From IMG/VR virus record IMGVR_UViG_3300017593_000095: a stretch of 64,000 bases of DNA; one strand, given 5' to 3'. Shown one piece after another: positions 36,014-44,396 of this stretch. The translations under genes were made by a program, and so were the position numbers. Positions within the stretch are counted from its first letter, which is position 1. Every line of letters starts with the position of its first letter. The notes beneath the pieces were generated by a model. That model made no database searches, was not told where the DNA came from, and saw only the letters and a program-made list of their open reading frames with translations. Origin of the DNA: an uncultured virus (IMG/VR IMGVR_UViG_3300017593_000095). Taxonomy: Duplodnaviria > Heunggongvirae > Uroviricota > Caudoviricetes.

Positions 36014-37086
36014 GAATCGCAATTCTAGGGGCAGACGGCTACTTAGGTTTTGCACTTTCACATCATTTGCTTAGAGAAGGGCACTCTGTACTAGGCGTTG
36101 ACAATTTAAAGCGGGAGTCTTTAGTAGAGGCGACCTCCTCTTATTCGATTATTCGTCACTCTTTTGAGTCCTTAAAAGATTTACAGACTGTTGAGTTAGA
36201 TGTTACAGATTCCGCTGCCTTACGTGACCGATTGGAGAAGTTTGAGCCTGATTTGATTGTCGACTTATCCCGGTTATACAGCCCAGCCCTTTTTCAGCAG
36301 CGAGACCAATTGCTTTGTGTTACTAACCTTTACAACACCATTTCGGTTGTAAATACACTAGCTTCGTCCGCTTTACGTAACGTTCCTTTATTTGTGGTAA
36401 CCGATCTAAACTCCTATTATCCCTCACAACTACCGGTTCCAGAAGGTCCGTTATTGATTCACCACAATGAGCTTGAGGATTTTTTACCTTTTCCATTGAA
36501 AGGGGACTCTCTTAATCAGTGTACTGAAGCCTTTGTTCAAATTTTCTTAACATATGCTCGTAACCACTTAAAACTCAAGTTAGTCGATCTCCGTGTAGGT
36601 TCTGTGTATGGTGTGTATCCAAGTGAGGAACCACTTCATCGATTGCACGTTGACAAGTTTCATAGTACCGTCATTAACTACTATTGCGCCCGAGGCGTCC
36701 GTCAAGGGATCGTAAATGTGCCTCAGGAGGGTTACTATACTATTATCTCGTTGAATCAATTTGTTGAGAGTTTTACTTACTTGTTGACTAAGAAGGTGGA
36801 CAAACCCATTGTTCATTTGTTCGATCGGCTGGTCAGCTTTCAGGATTTGATTTATAAGATAAAACATGTTTTTGCGGAGGATTTTGGGTATAGACTACGA
36901 ATTGGGTTCTTTCGTACTAAAACATTTGAGTTTACTTGGCCACAGTTTGTCCACATTGAAAGGGAACTCTTGAGTGATTGTTTCTTAAGTGATACAATTG
37001 AGCTTGAGGATGATTTGAGAACGTTGATCGATGTGTGCTTCAGGAATAAGAAGAAAATCACTTCGTTACCTCGTTCTTTGTGGTAG
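36010..37086 (+). CDS. UDP-sulfoquinovose synthase (SqdB)-like SDR with a degenerate catalytic motif
   Basis: GADGYLG...VDNLKR, LPFP, VDLRVGSVYG; the YxxxK position reads NQCTE. Confidence 0.72.
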   Translation: MRIAILGADGYLGFALSHHLLREGHSVLGVDNLKRESLVEATSSYSIIRHSFESLKDLQTVELDVTDSAALRDRLEKFEPDLIVDLSRLYSPALFQQRDQLLCVTNLYNTISVVNTLASSALRNVPLFVVTDLNSYYPSQLPVPEGPLLIHHNELEDFLPFPLKGDSLNQCTEAFVQIFLTYARNHLKLKLVDLRVGSVYGVYPSEEPLHRLHVDKFHSTVINYYCARGVRQGIVNVPQEGYYTIISLNQFVESFTYLLTKKVDKPIVHLFDRLVSFQDLIYKIKHVFAEDFGYRLRIGFFRTKTFEFTWPQFVHIERELLSDCFLSDTIELEDDLRTLIDVCFRNKKKITSLPRSLW

Positions 37087-37097
37087 GAGGAAAGAGT

Positions 37098-37985
37098 ATG
37101 AGAGTCCTAATCTTGGACGATGAGGCGCCAGTAAGGGACTTTTTTAAGTCTTTCCTCGAGAGTAGTTTTGACAATTGTGAGTGTTATACTTGCGGTTCAG
37201 TTCAAGAGTTTAAGAAGTTAAATACTGAAGTCAATCCCGATTTCTACATCCTTGACGTTGTCCTACTCAATGGGCAAGTGTTCTCAGCGGTGGACCAGTT
37301 TGACCCTGCACGGGCGATACTTGTGACAGGTTACGATTCGGATAGAGTTCGTAAAATCGCCCGCGTATATGGGTTTCACGGGGTTCTTCCCAAGCCTGTA
37401 AATGGAGACGTGTTGAAAAGTATGCTGGATTCTTTGGTATTGAGGGTGAGCCCCCGCTTACGGTCTAGAGTTCAGGATTTAATGGGCGTTTTCCCGAAAC
37501 TGTTTGAAGTTCTTGCAAAGAGTTTGGTTAGTGGGCAGAAAGTGCAAGAATGTGTTGAGATAGTTGGTAAAGCTCTTAACGCAACAGTGATAGTTTCCCC
37601 ATTTGAACAAGGTGGTATGATTAGTTTCCCTTTGTTTGCATACTTTAAAGAGGGCGAACCTAAAATGCCCCGACGATTTAAGTTACCTAAAGGTTGGTTT
37701 GATCAGTTGTTGAACGGGAAATTTGTTACCTGTTTCGAACAGGGACTCGACGAGCTTGGCATCGATGTTAAGAGGGCTTTAGCATTTCCTATCAAGGGCG
37801 AAGGTATAGGTCAATGGGGTTTCTTCTTGACTTATGATGATAAGGATGCTCCTTATTCTCAAGAGGAAATTACGTTCGTGAAGTGTGTTACGGATATTCT
37901 TGCTCTTGCATTACTCCGGCTACGTCATAATACTACTCTCGAGACTGTGCTTCGCAACGCCATTACGAAGGTGAGTGCTTTTTGA
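37098..37985 (+). CDS. Response regulator receiver + GAF-like domain
   Basis: ILDDE, YILDV, VTG, PKP; C-terminal 'LAFPI...WGFF..D...YSQEEI'. Confidence 0.85.
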   Translation: MRVLILDDEAPVRDFFKSFLESSFDNCECYTCGSVQEFKKLNTEVNPDFYILDVVLLNGQVFSAVDQFDPARAILVTGYDSDRVRKIARVYGFHGVLPKPVNGDVLKSMLDSLVLRVSPRLRSRVQDLMGVFPKLFEVLAKSLVSGQKVQECVEIVGKALNATVIVSPFEQGGMISFPLFAYFKEGEPKMPRRFKLPKGWFDQLLNGKFVTCFEQGLDELGIDVKRALAFPIKGEGIGQWGFFLTYDDKDAPYSQEEITFVKCVTDILALALLRLRHNTTLETVLRNAITKVSAF

Positions 37986-38274
37986 AGTAACGGTGGACTT
38001 AAGGAATCTCTCTACAGTCGAAGAATTGTTGGTTGAACTAGTACGAGGGAATACGTCTGCCACGGAGAAGTTAGTTGAGCGGGTGACTGTGATTGAACGT
38101 AAGGCAGAAAGTCTGTGTGAAAATCAAACTTCTGTTGTGTCGAGTGTGACTGAAGTTAAACTCCGAGTAGATGATATTTGGCGTATTTTACGGAGTTTGT
38201 TCATTAAAGTTATCCTAGTTTGTGGCTCCGTTTGTGCGATTAGTTTCGTGTTAGGATATCTTTTAAAAGGATAG
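37975..38274 (+). CDS. Coiled-coil protein with a C-terminal TM helix (possible lysis/membrane protein)
   Basis: Hydrophobic C-terminus. Confidence 0.5.
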   Translation: MLFEVTVDLRNLSTVEELLVELVRGNTSATEKLVERVTVIERKAESLCENQTSVVSSVTEVKLRVDDIWRILRSLFIKVILVCGSVCAISFVLGYLLKG

Positions 38275-38276
38275 GA

Positions 38277-39068
38277 TTACATCTCCGTGATCTTGAAAGA
38301 GACCTTCCGCAGTGTTAGATCGTACACCGGAATACAGTTTTGGTGTACTCCCCCCTTTAGCGCTTTAATCTCTGGCCTCTCTTCTACCGGGAACATTCTC
38401 TGTAGTCTAATATAAAGAGGAACGAAGTAGTAAATAGGTATTTTGGGTATTAAGAAGAGATGATATGCAGGTGCGTAGTGTATAAAGTTTTTGATAAGTG
38501 TCTGTTTTTCGGGTAAGTCGTTGACTATTTTGTGAAGATCAATGGAAATTGGGTTGGTATAGTTTTTAGGGTACATAGGCGCGTACTTCCTACTCAAGAC
38601 CGGCGGTGTGAGCTCTAAATTGTAGATGGGAGCGAACGTTGAGAAAGGTGTTCCGTAGTATGCGTTTGACCAGTGAACATAAGTTGGTAGAAATTTTTCG
38701 AGGACTTGTTTGGTCACTCTGGCGATTGGGTCTTCTTCAATCTTGAGAGGAGTGAAGACCATAAAATCGAGATCGTGCGGTGTTCCGTAGAAGACTGATC
38801 CTGTTACGATCACGTAGGGGTTTTTGATCTGGAAAGGTAACATCCTGTTCAAACTTCTTTTTACTTTATGAGCGTTTACCCCTCTCTTACGCAGTTCTCT
38901 GACTATTAAGCTGTCGAGTTTCATAAGCTGCGATAGAGTCAAACCCCCGACTTTCCCTCCTTTTTTTCGGGCCTTTTTAATCAGGGCTACTACAATTGAG
39001 TGCTTAAAAAGCAGGTCTTTAGTAGGGATTTTTGATAAATCGGCCCCTAAAAGCTGAGTTACTTTCAT
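38277..39068 (-). CDS. Pol-beta-superfamily nucleotidyltransferase-like protein
   Basis: 'VIVTGSVFYGTPHDLDFMV' (GS...DxD); AAGGAG RBS on the - strand. Confidence 0.55.
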   Translation of the reverse strand: MKVTQLLGADLSKIPTKDLLFKHSIVVALIKKARKKGGKVGGLTLSQLMKLDSLIVRELRKRGVNAHKVKRSLNRMLPFQIKNPYVIVTGSVFYGTPHDLDFMVFTPLKIEEDPIARVTKQVLEKFLPTYVHWSNAYYGTPFSTFAPIYNLELTPPVLSRKYAPMYPKNYTNPISIDLHKIVNDLPEKQTLIKNFIHYAPAYHLFLIPKIPIYYFVPLYIRLQRMFPVEERPEIKALKGGVHQNCIPVYDLTLRKVSFKITEM

Positions 39069-39077
39069 ACTTACTCC

Positions 39078-39106
39078 TTGCACTAGTTGGTTGGTTCTAG
39101 TATAAA
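39078..39106 (+). promoter_or_regulatory. Promoter-like sequence upstream of portal
   Basis: TTGCAC-N17-TATAAA. Confidence 0.5.
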
Positions 39107-39146
39107 GGTAAGGAGACGCCGAGTCAACCCGTAGAGGAGGAAGACT

Positions 39147-42100
39147 GTGGAGAGACAACTTGAGAAGAAGGAGAAGGAACAACAGGTTAAGGAGCGATTA
39201 GTTGGAGAGACTTCGATCACTGCAGGAACTTTCGCAAGTTTGGTTACTTCTCTTTCCGCCTCGCAACTCCGTCAAATCTATAAAGAGACTAATGTTGTGA
39301 GGCGGTGTGTTGACCATATTGCGAGTTCTGTTGCGGACCTTCCGCGAGAGTATGATGTAAAGTTTGGTTTGAAGAAAAGTGAAGTAATCGATCTTATTTT
39401 TGTGCGCGAGACTATAACTGGAGAGACTTTTCGAGATGTGTTAATCGCTTTGACAGTGGATTTGTTGGTGTTGAACAAAGGTGTGTTAGTACCTTTGAAG
39501 ACATTTGGCGGAAGGTTAACCGGATTTACGGCACGCGATGCAGCCACTTTTTCTCCAGTGTATGAGAAAGACGGCAGGCTTCGTGGGTTCATTCAACAAG
39601 TCGGCTTGGGTAAGGTGTATAAGTTTCGCCCAGATGAGTTAGTGTACATTCAACTTATTCCTAAAACTTACACTGCTACTGGAGGGTCTATCTTAGAGTC
39701 TCTTACTTATGAAGTTACGAGCTTGTTAAAGAACTTAGTGAAAAGCGATCCTGAATCTAGGAAGCCTATCGGGACATTTATTTTTCCGGAGAGTTTGGAC
39801 GAGGCAGTTGTTAATAGGTTTCAAGAGGACTTAACCTCGTTAGTATCTGGAGGTAAAGTGAAAATCCCCGTGGTATGGGGCGCTGGTAAAGGGGAGTGGA
39901 TCGAGTTGGTTAAACAATTTGACATTCAGATGGTTGCTACGTTCTTGGATCGCTTAGATTGGCTAGTTCGGAGCGCTTTTGGATTTGTGCCTCCTGGAAG
40001 TAGTTTACTTCAGTCACGACCTAACGAAGATTTGATGTATTCTACCTTAGTCCCTGTGGTTGCTCGGGCGATCCAGAATCGACTGAATCGGTTTCTTAAA
40101 CCTTATGGAGTTACTTTTAGTTTTAAGATTCCTCCTGCACACTCGTTGCAACGTATTATTGAAGGGACTAAGTCAGGGTTGATCTCACCTAATGAGGCCC
40201 GTCAGTTTATGTACTTACCACCGGTTAAAGGCGGCGATCAGTTGTCAGTTATGCAGCCTCAAGGTTTAACTCCTGTAGGGAAGAGTGGGCAACAATCTCC
40301 TGTGGTACCTCTCTCGGACGCTAAACAAGATACAGATATTACTCGCTCGCTTTCTATAGAAGAAGTGAAACAGCTTAGGAATCTCTCTCTTTTGTCCGAT
40401 GAGAAGGTAGCACGGTTTGTTCTTAGGAGAATTAAGTTGCTGAAATCGATGCAAGAGGAGTTAAGAGAGGCAGTTCTGGATTATCGTTCTTCTTTTGAAG
40501 AGAAGGTGATGTTGCGTCAGGATACCCCTGCTTTACCTTCTTATGTGCCTTTCTTACTACGAGTAGAAGGGATCATTGATAATTATGAGGCCCAGTCGAT
40601 TGCGCTGGGTTATGAACGCGTGCTCCAGTTTTGGAACAGACGCGAGTTCGATAAGGATCTGATTGACGCTGAGATTGCTGAACACGATCGACGACTTCGT
40701 CGAGAGTCTATTCGGAGTTGGAAAGAGCGTTTAGATTCTATTCACAATGAAGCAAAAAGAGGTGAGTGGGATCAAGTTAAAAAAGATCTTGACAATTTTA
40801 TACGCGCGATTATTGCCGCCGCAGGGTTTGTCACTTTGTTTGCGAATCTCCCTCTTGTACTTGTGTCTAAGTTTTTTGAGGAGACACAAGGAGTGCTCTT
40901 ACGCTGGGTGGGCATATCTGATGATGTTACATGTTATGATGAAGCAACTAAAGTGTTGACGGATCGGGGGTGGAAGTTCTTTAAGGATTTGGATGGTACG
41001 GAGAGGTTGTTGAGTATTAACCCTGATGATTTGACTCAGGTTGAGTGGCTTAAACCTGTTGCCTATCAGACGTTTGAGTACGATGGTGAGATGATTCATT
41101 TCGAGGGCTATCAAACGGATCTACTCGTGACACCTGATCATCAGTGTTTTGTGTATGATAATGGAAGACTTCGGAAAGTTCGCGCAGGAGAGCTGACTCA
41201 ATTTGCGAAGGTTTCTTTCTACCATGGTGTTCCCGTCGATGTTGCTGACGTGTCTAGTATTTCCTGTAGTGAAGCAGAAGTTCGCCTTTCTTACTACAAG
41301 GGGAAGGTCTACGACGTGACTCTTCCTAAATGGCACACTCTTTACATCATGCGCAATGGGAAGTGTATGTGGAGTGGTAATTGCGAAGACTGTGCAGCTC
41401 TTCAAGGGCGCGTTTTTAAACCATCCACGCTTGAACTGCTTCAAACTTGGCCCGGTTATGGTGTGCGTTGTGGCCATAACTGTAGGTGTGCCCTTGAACC
41501 TGTTTCTAATATTACGCAAGCAAGTGTTAACGAGTGGATCGGTAAAGTTATCAAGTTTAGGAATTTGCACGTCCCTCTAAAGGAAGCAGCGCTTGTTTAT
41601 TCTGACGTAATCGAACATATCGATAAGAAGATCGCAGAAGCTCTCAAAAAGAACCCTCACTTACGGGAGCCTTCGTACGTTGCTTTATTTAAGGAAATCC
41701 GATTGCGCGAGACTTTAACCCAACCTAAATACGATGCTATACGAAATATACTCGAAATCCCCGCCTCTTTTACTGAGGAGCAGATTCGTTCAGCTTTTGT
41801 CGATGCAGTCGCCCTGAACGTCCTGTTACGTCAGAACTTTCAGTATCCTAGCTCACCTTTCGTCTCTGAGATAATGTCTATAATGGAGCGGGCCAGGAAA
41901 GTGCTTTGGAACGAGCAATTAAGTAAGCTTTTACCTTCAGAGTTGAAAGAGTCTTGGTTGGAAGGTGATTTCGCTCCTTTTGAGAAATTGTCACTTAAGC
42001 TGTTTGATATTCCAGTTAAGGCTTACTTTGATCCCAGAGAGTTTTTTACTTACATGTTCCGGGCGTCCATTTTTAGCCCTCATCGAGAGGATATAGTAGG

Positions 42101-43415
42101 GATGCCCGCTTTTCGAGAACTCCTGGCAACCCATGTGTGGTCCCCAACTACTTATGAGAATTGGCTTAACCGTGTTTATAAGGCCCGTTCCGCCCCTTGG
42201 CGGGCCACGTTAACTCCTGATAGAGTACTTACTCGACTGGAATACGTTGACTCAGAGTTCCGTGATAGATTGGTAGAAATCCTTAAGAGTTATCCGATGT
42301 TACGAGTTCCATCTTTTTGGGATGGGTTGAAGGGAATTAAGTTGTCAGATGTATCTCGCTACGACGCGTCTTATAGTTTGGAGGGGACCTATGATGAGTT
42401 TGTGAAGTCCTTTGTTGGTTCTATCTTGACTACGGGGGATACATTTCAGTTCCTCCACGAGCTAGGCCATCATGTGTTTGAGCGTCATTTTACCGCGCGC
42501 TCTACACTAAGAGACGCGTTTGCTTATGTGTACCGTGAACGAGTTTTGATCCCGTTTTACGAGCAAGTTTTACCTTATTTGACTGAAAAGGAAGCTCAAA
42601 AGTTCATGGGGTACATGAACGAGATGCTTGATGCAAGTGAGAAGAGAACTCTTGGGAGCTTTTTCTTAGGGTCTCGAGACGTATTTAGAGAGGAAATTTT
42701 TAAGCCTATTTATCCTAAGTTACAAGAGGTGATGCGGAACTGGGCACTTCCGATGCGACTGTACTCATTACAGAGCATCGACGAATCCTTTGCCGAGTTG
42801 TTTGCCACTTATATACGTAACCCATCGGTGTTGTACTTCAGTGACCCCGAGTTGTACTTGTTTATGGAATCGCTCTTGCAGAACCTTGCTGTACGTCCAG
42901 AAACTTTGATAAGTAAGCACCCTATGTGGAAACGTGTTTTTGAGGCCCTTTCACGTATAGGTTTAACACGGAGTCAGATAAAGCAACTTCTTCCGAACCT
43001 TCTGTGGGCACATATTAGAGAAGATGTTGGGTTTGAGGAGTTGATAGCGTTGTTCGAGAGCGCTGCTACTGCAGAGGGCGAAGACTTACGGAAGAAGATA
43101 AAAGATATTGTCGAGCGCTTTTTCAAAGCGCCTGAGAAGAAGAAAATGCCTAGTTCTGAGCCGAAACCCAAAGAGATTAGGAAGCCTCGTAAGGCACCTT
43201 CTCTTCCCGAAAAGACTCTAGTAACTCTAAAGGATGTGCGCGAAGTTCTTGAGAAGACTTTGAAGCTCGAAGGTAGAGACTTAGAGGTTTTTATGGACAA
43301 GATTGTTTCGGTTGTAGCTGAAGGTAAGATGAGTATGATTGATGTGTATGAGAAATTGACTTCTTTCAAGACTAAAAAGGAGGCTTTGAAGTGGCTAGCC
43401 GGTTTGAAGAAGTAA
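39147..43415 (+). CDS. Portal protein fused to a MuF (SPP1 gp7-like) domain with an intein and a C-terminal zincin domain
   Basis: Portal: VRRCVDHIASSVADLP, GLISPNEARQFMYLPP. MuF: W...DD.TC..C..L.G...C..NCRC. Zincin: HELGH, ESFAELF. Confidence 0.85.
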   Translation: MERQLEKKEKEQQVKERLVGETSITAGTFASLVTSLSASQLRQIYKETNVVRRCVDHIASSVADLPREYDVKFGLKKSEVIDLIFVRETITGETFRDVLIALTVDLLVLNKGVLVPLKTFGGRLTGFTARDAATFSPVYEKDGRLRGFIQQVGLGKVYKFRPDELVYIQLIPKTYTATGGSILESLTYEVTSLLKNLVKSDPESRKPIGTFIFPESLDEAVVNRFQEDLTSLVSGGKVKIPVVWGAGKGEWIELVKQFDIQMVATFLDRLDWLVRSAFGFVPPGSSLLQSRPNEDLMYSTLVPVVARAIQNRLNRFLKPYGVTFSFKIPPAHSLQRIIEGTKSGLISPNEARQFMYLPPVKGGDQLSVMQPQGLTPVGKSGQQSPVVPLSDAKQDTDITRSLSIEEVKQLRNLSLLSDEKVARFVLRRIKLLKSMQEELREAVLDYRSSFEEKVMLRQDTPALPSYVPFLLRVEGIIDNYEAQSIALGYERVLQFWNRREFDKDLIDAEIAEHDRRLRRESIRSWKERLDSIHNEAKRGEWDQVKKDLDNFIRAIIAAAGFVTLFANLPLVLVSKFFEETQGVLLRWVGISDDVTCYDEATKVLTDRGWKFFKDLDGTERLLSINPDDLTQVEWLKPVAYQTFEYDGEMIHFEGYQTDLLVTPDHQCFVYDNGRLRKVRAGELTQFAKVSFYHGVPVDVADVSSISCSEAEVRLSYYKGKVYDVTLPKWHTLYIMRNGKCMWSGNCEDCAALQGRVFKPSTLELLQTWPGYGVRCGHNCRCALEPVSNITQASVNEWIGKVIKFRNLHVPLKEAALVYSDVIEHIDKKIAEALKKNPHLREPSYVALFKEIRLRETLTQPKYDAIRNILEIPASFTEEQIRSAFVDAVALNVLLRQNFQYPSSPFVSEIMSIMERARKVLWNEQLSKLLPSELKESWLEGDFAPFEKLSLKLFDIPVKAYFDPREFFTYMFRASIFSPHREDIVGMPAFRELLATHVWSPTTYENWLNRVYKARSAPWRATLTPDRVLTRLEYVDSEFRDRLVEILKSYPMLRVPSFWDGLKGIKLSDVSRYDASYSLEGTYDEFVKSFVGSILTTGDTFQFLHELGHHVFERHFTARSTLRDAFAYVYRERVLIPFYEQVLPYLTEKEAQKFMGYMNEMLDASEKRTLGSFFLGSRDVFREEIFKPIYPKLQEVMRNWALPMRLYSLQSIDESFAELFATYIRNPSVLYFSDPELYLFMESLLQNLAVRPETLISKHPMWKRVFEALSRIGLTRSQIKQLLPNLLWAHIREDVGFEELIALFESAATAEGEDLRKKIKDIVERFFKAPEKKKMPSSEPKPKEIRKPRKAPSLPEKTLVTLKDVREVLEKTLKLEGRDLEVFMDKIVSVVAEGKMSMIDVYEKLTSFKTKKEALKWLAGLKK
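40932..41381 (+). mobile_element. Mini-intein (150 aa) in the MuF Cys motif
   Basis: DDVT|CYDEATKV...VTPDH...VYDVT...MWSGN|CEDC. Confidence 0.93.
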
Positions 43416-44047
43416 AAACTGAATTGGGTTATATCGTTGATAAGGAAGGTACCCTTGTAGGGACGTGGTTGTGGAAAGAAGGGAATATGACTGTGAGCAC
43501 AAAGAACAAAGCTCTACAAGAGGTACTATCTCGAGGGGTACAGTTAGTAGAGCGTGTATTTGATCGAGGGGAGATTCAGCTTAGCTATTCCCCCCCAACA
43601 GTTCGAGTAGTAAAGTTTACCCCTGTTGAACTCAGTTCGATTCTTGCGCCTGATTTCTACTGTATTACAGCTGAGGAGCGAAAGAAAGGAGTATCTTTAC
43701 CTGCTAATACTGGCAGACACTCTCGCACGTTTAAACAAGTTCACCGGGGTTATGTCCTCGAACGATTAAAAGGGCGTGATATCACCATAGGAATTTGGTT
43801 TTATTCCCCGGGAGGAATTGTATGTCAGACTAATAGCAGGACGTTTGATAGGGAGTTCCACGAGGTTAAAAAGAAGTTAACAAGGACAGTGTTTACACGG
43901 GATGGGGTAAGGGAGGTTCCTCTTCCATTTAACGAGGCTACTTATTTTGATGTTAACTTGAAACTTCCCTCACGGTATTTTCTGGTACCTAGTTGGGGAA
44001 TTGAAACCTCAGAGAAGGAGAAGTTCGAGGATGTCAAAGAAACTTGA
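43391..44047 (+). CDS. Hypothetical protein with an internal two-domain repeat
   Basis: GYIV..VGTWLW..G...STKNK versus GYVL..IGIWFY..G...QTNSR. Confidence 0.6.
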   Translation: MASRFEEVKTELGYIVDKEGTLVGTWLWKEGNMTVSTKNKALQEVLSRGVQLVERVFDRGEIQLSYSPPTVRVVKFTPVELSSILAPDFYCITAEERKKGVSLPANTGRHSRTFKQVHRGYVLERLKGRDITIGIWFYSPGGIVCQTNSRTFDREFHEVKKKLTRTVFTRDGVREVPLPFNEATYFDVNLKLPSRYFLVPSWGIETSEKEKFEDVKET

Positions 44048-44396
44048 AGATTTTCTTGATCACTCGTTAGACGATTTAGAGTCTCCTCCGGTCTTGGGGT
44101 TGGGTAAAGCTGCCTCTGAGGACTTACCTAAGCAGGAGGACATTCCATCTGAGGTTGGTTCGCCTGAACAGGAAGCGATTGATACAATTGCTGAGAGGAT
44201 AATAGAAGAGTTACGCGGTAATGAAAGCATTAGGCCGAAGAATTGGAGTGACGTTCTCCGTGGTTTGGAATTAGTATTAAAGTTTAAGCATGAGTTACAC
44301 GGCAAGCACAAGAAAGGAGAACAGGACCTCGCATACCAAGCTCTTCAGGAGTTTAAGGAAGTGGTAGATGCCTTCTCGAGATTTGAGTCAAAGTAA
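44031..44396 (+). CDS. Probable terminase small subunit
   Basis: Helical protein overlapping the terL start; call is by position only. Confidence 0.45.
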   Translation: MSKKLEDFLDHSLDDLESPPVLGLGKAASEDLPKQEDIPSEVGSPEQEAIDTIAERIIEELRGNESIRPKNWSDVLRGLELVLKFKHELHGKHKKGEQDLAYQALQEFKEVVDAFSRFESK

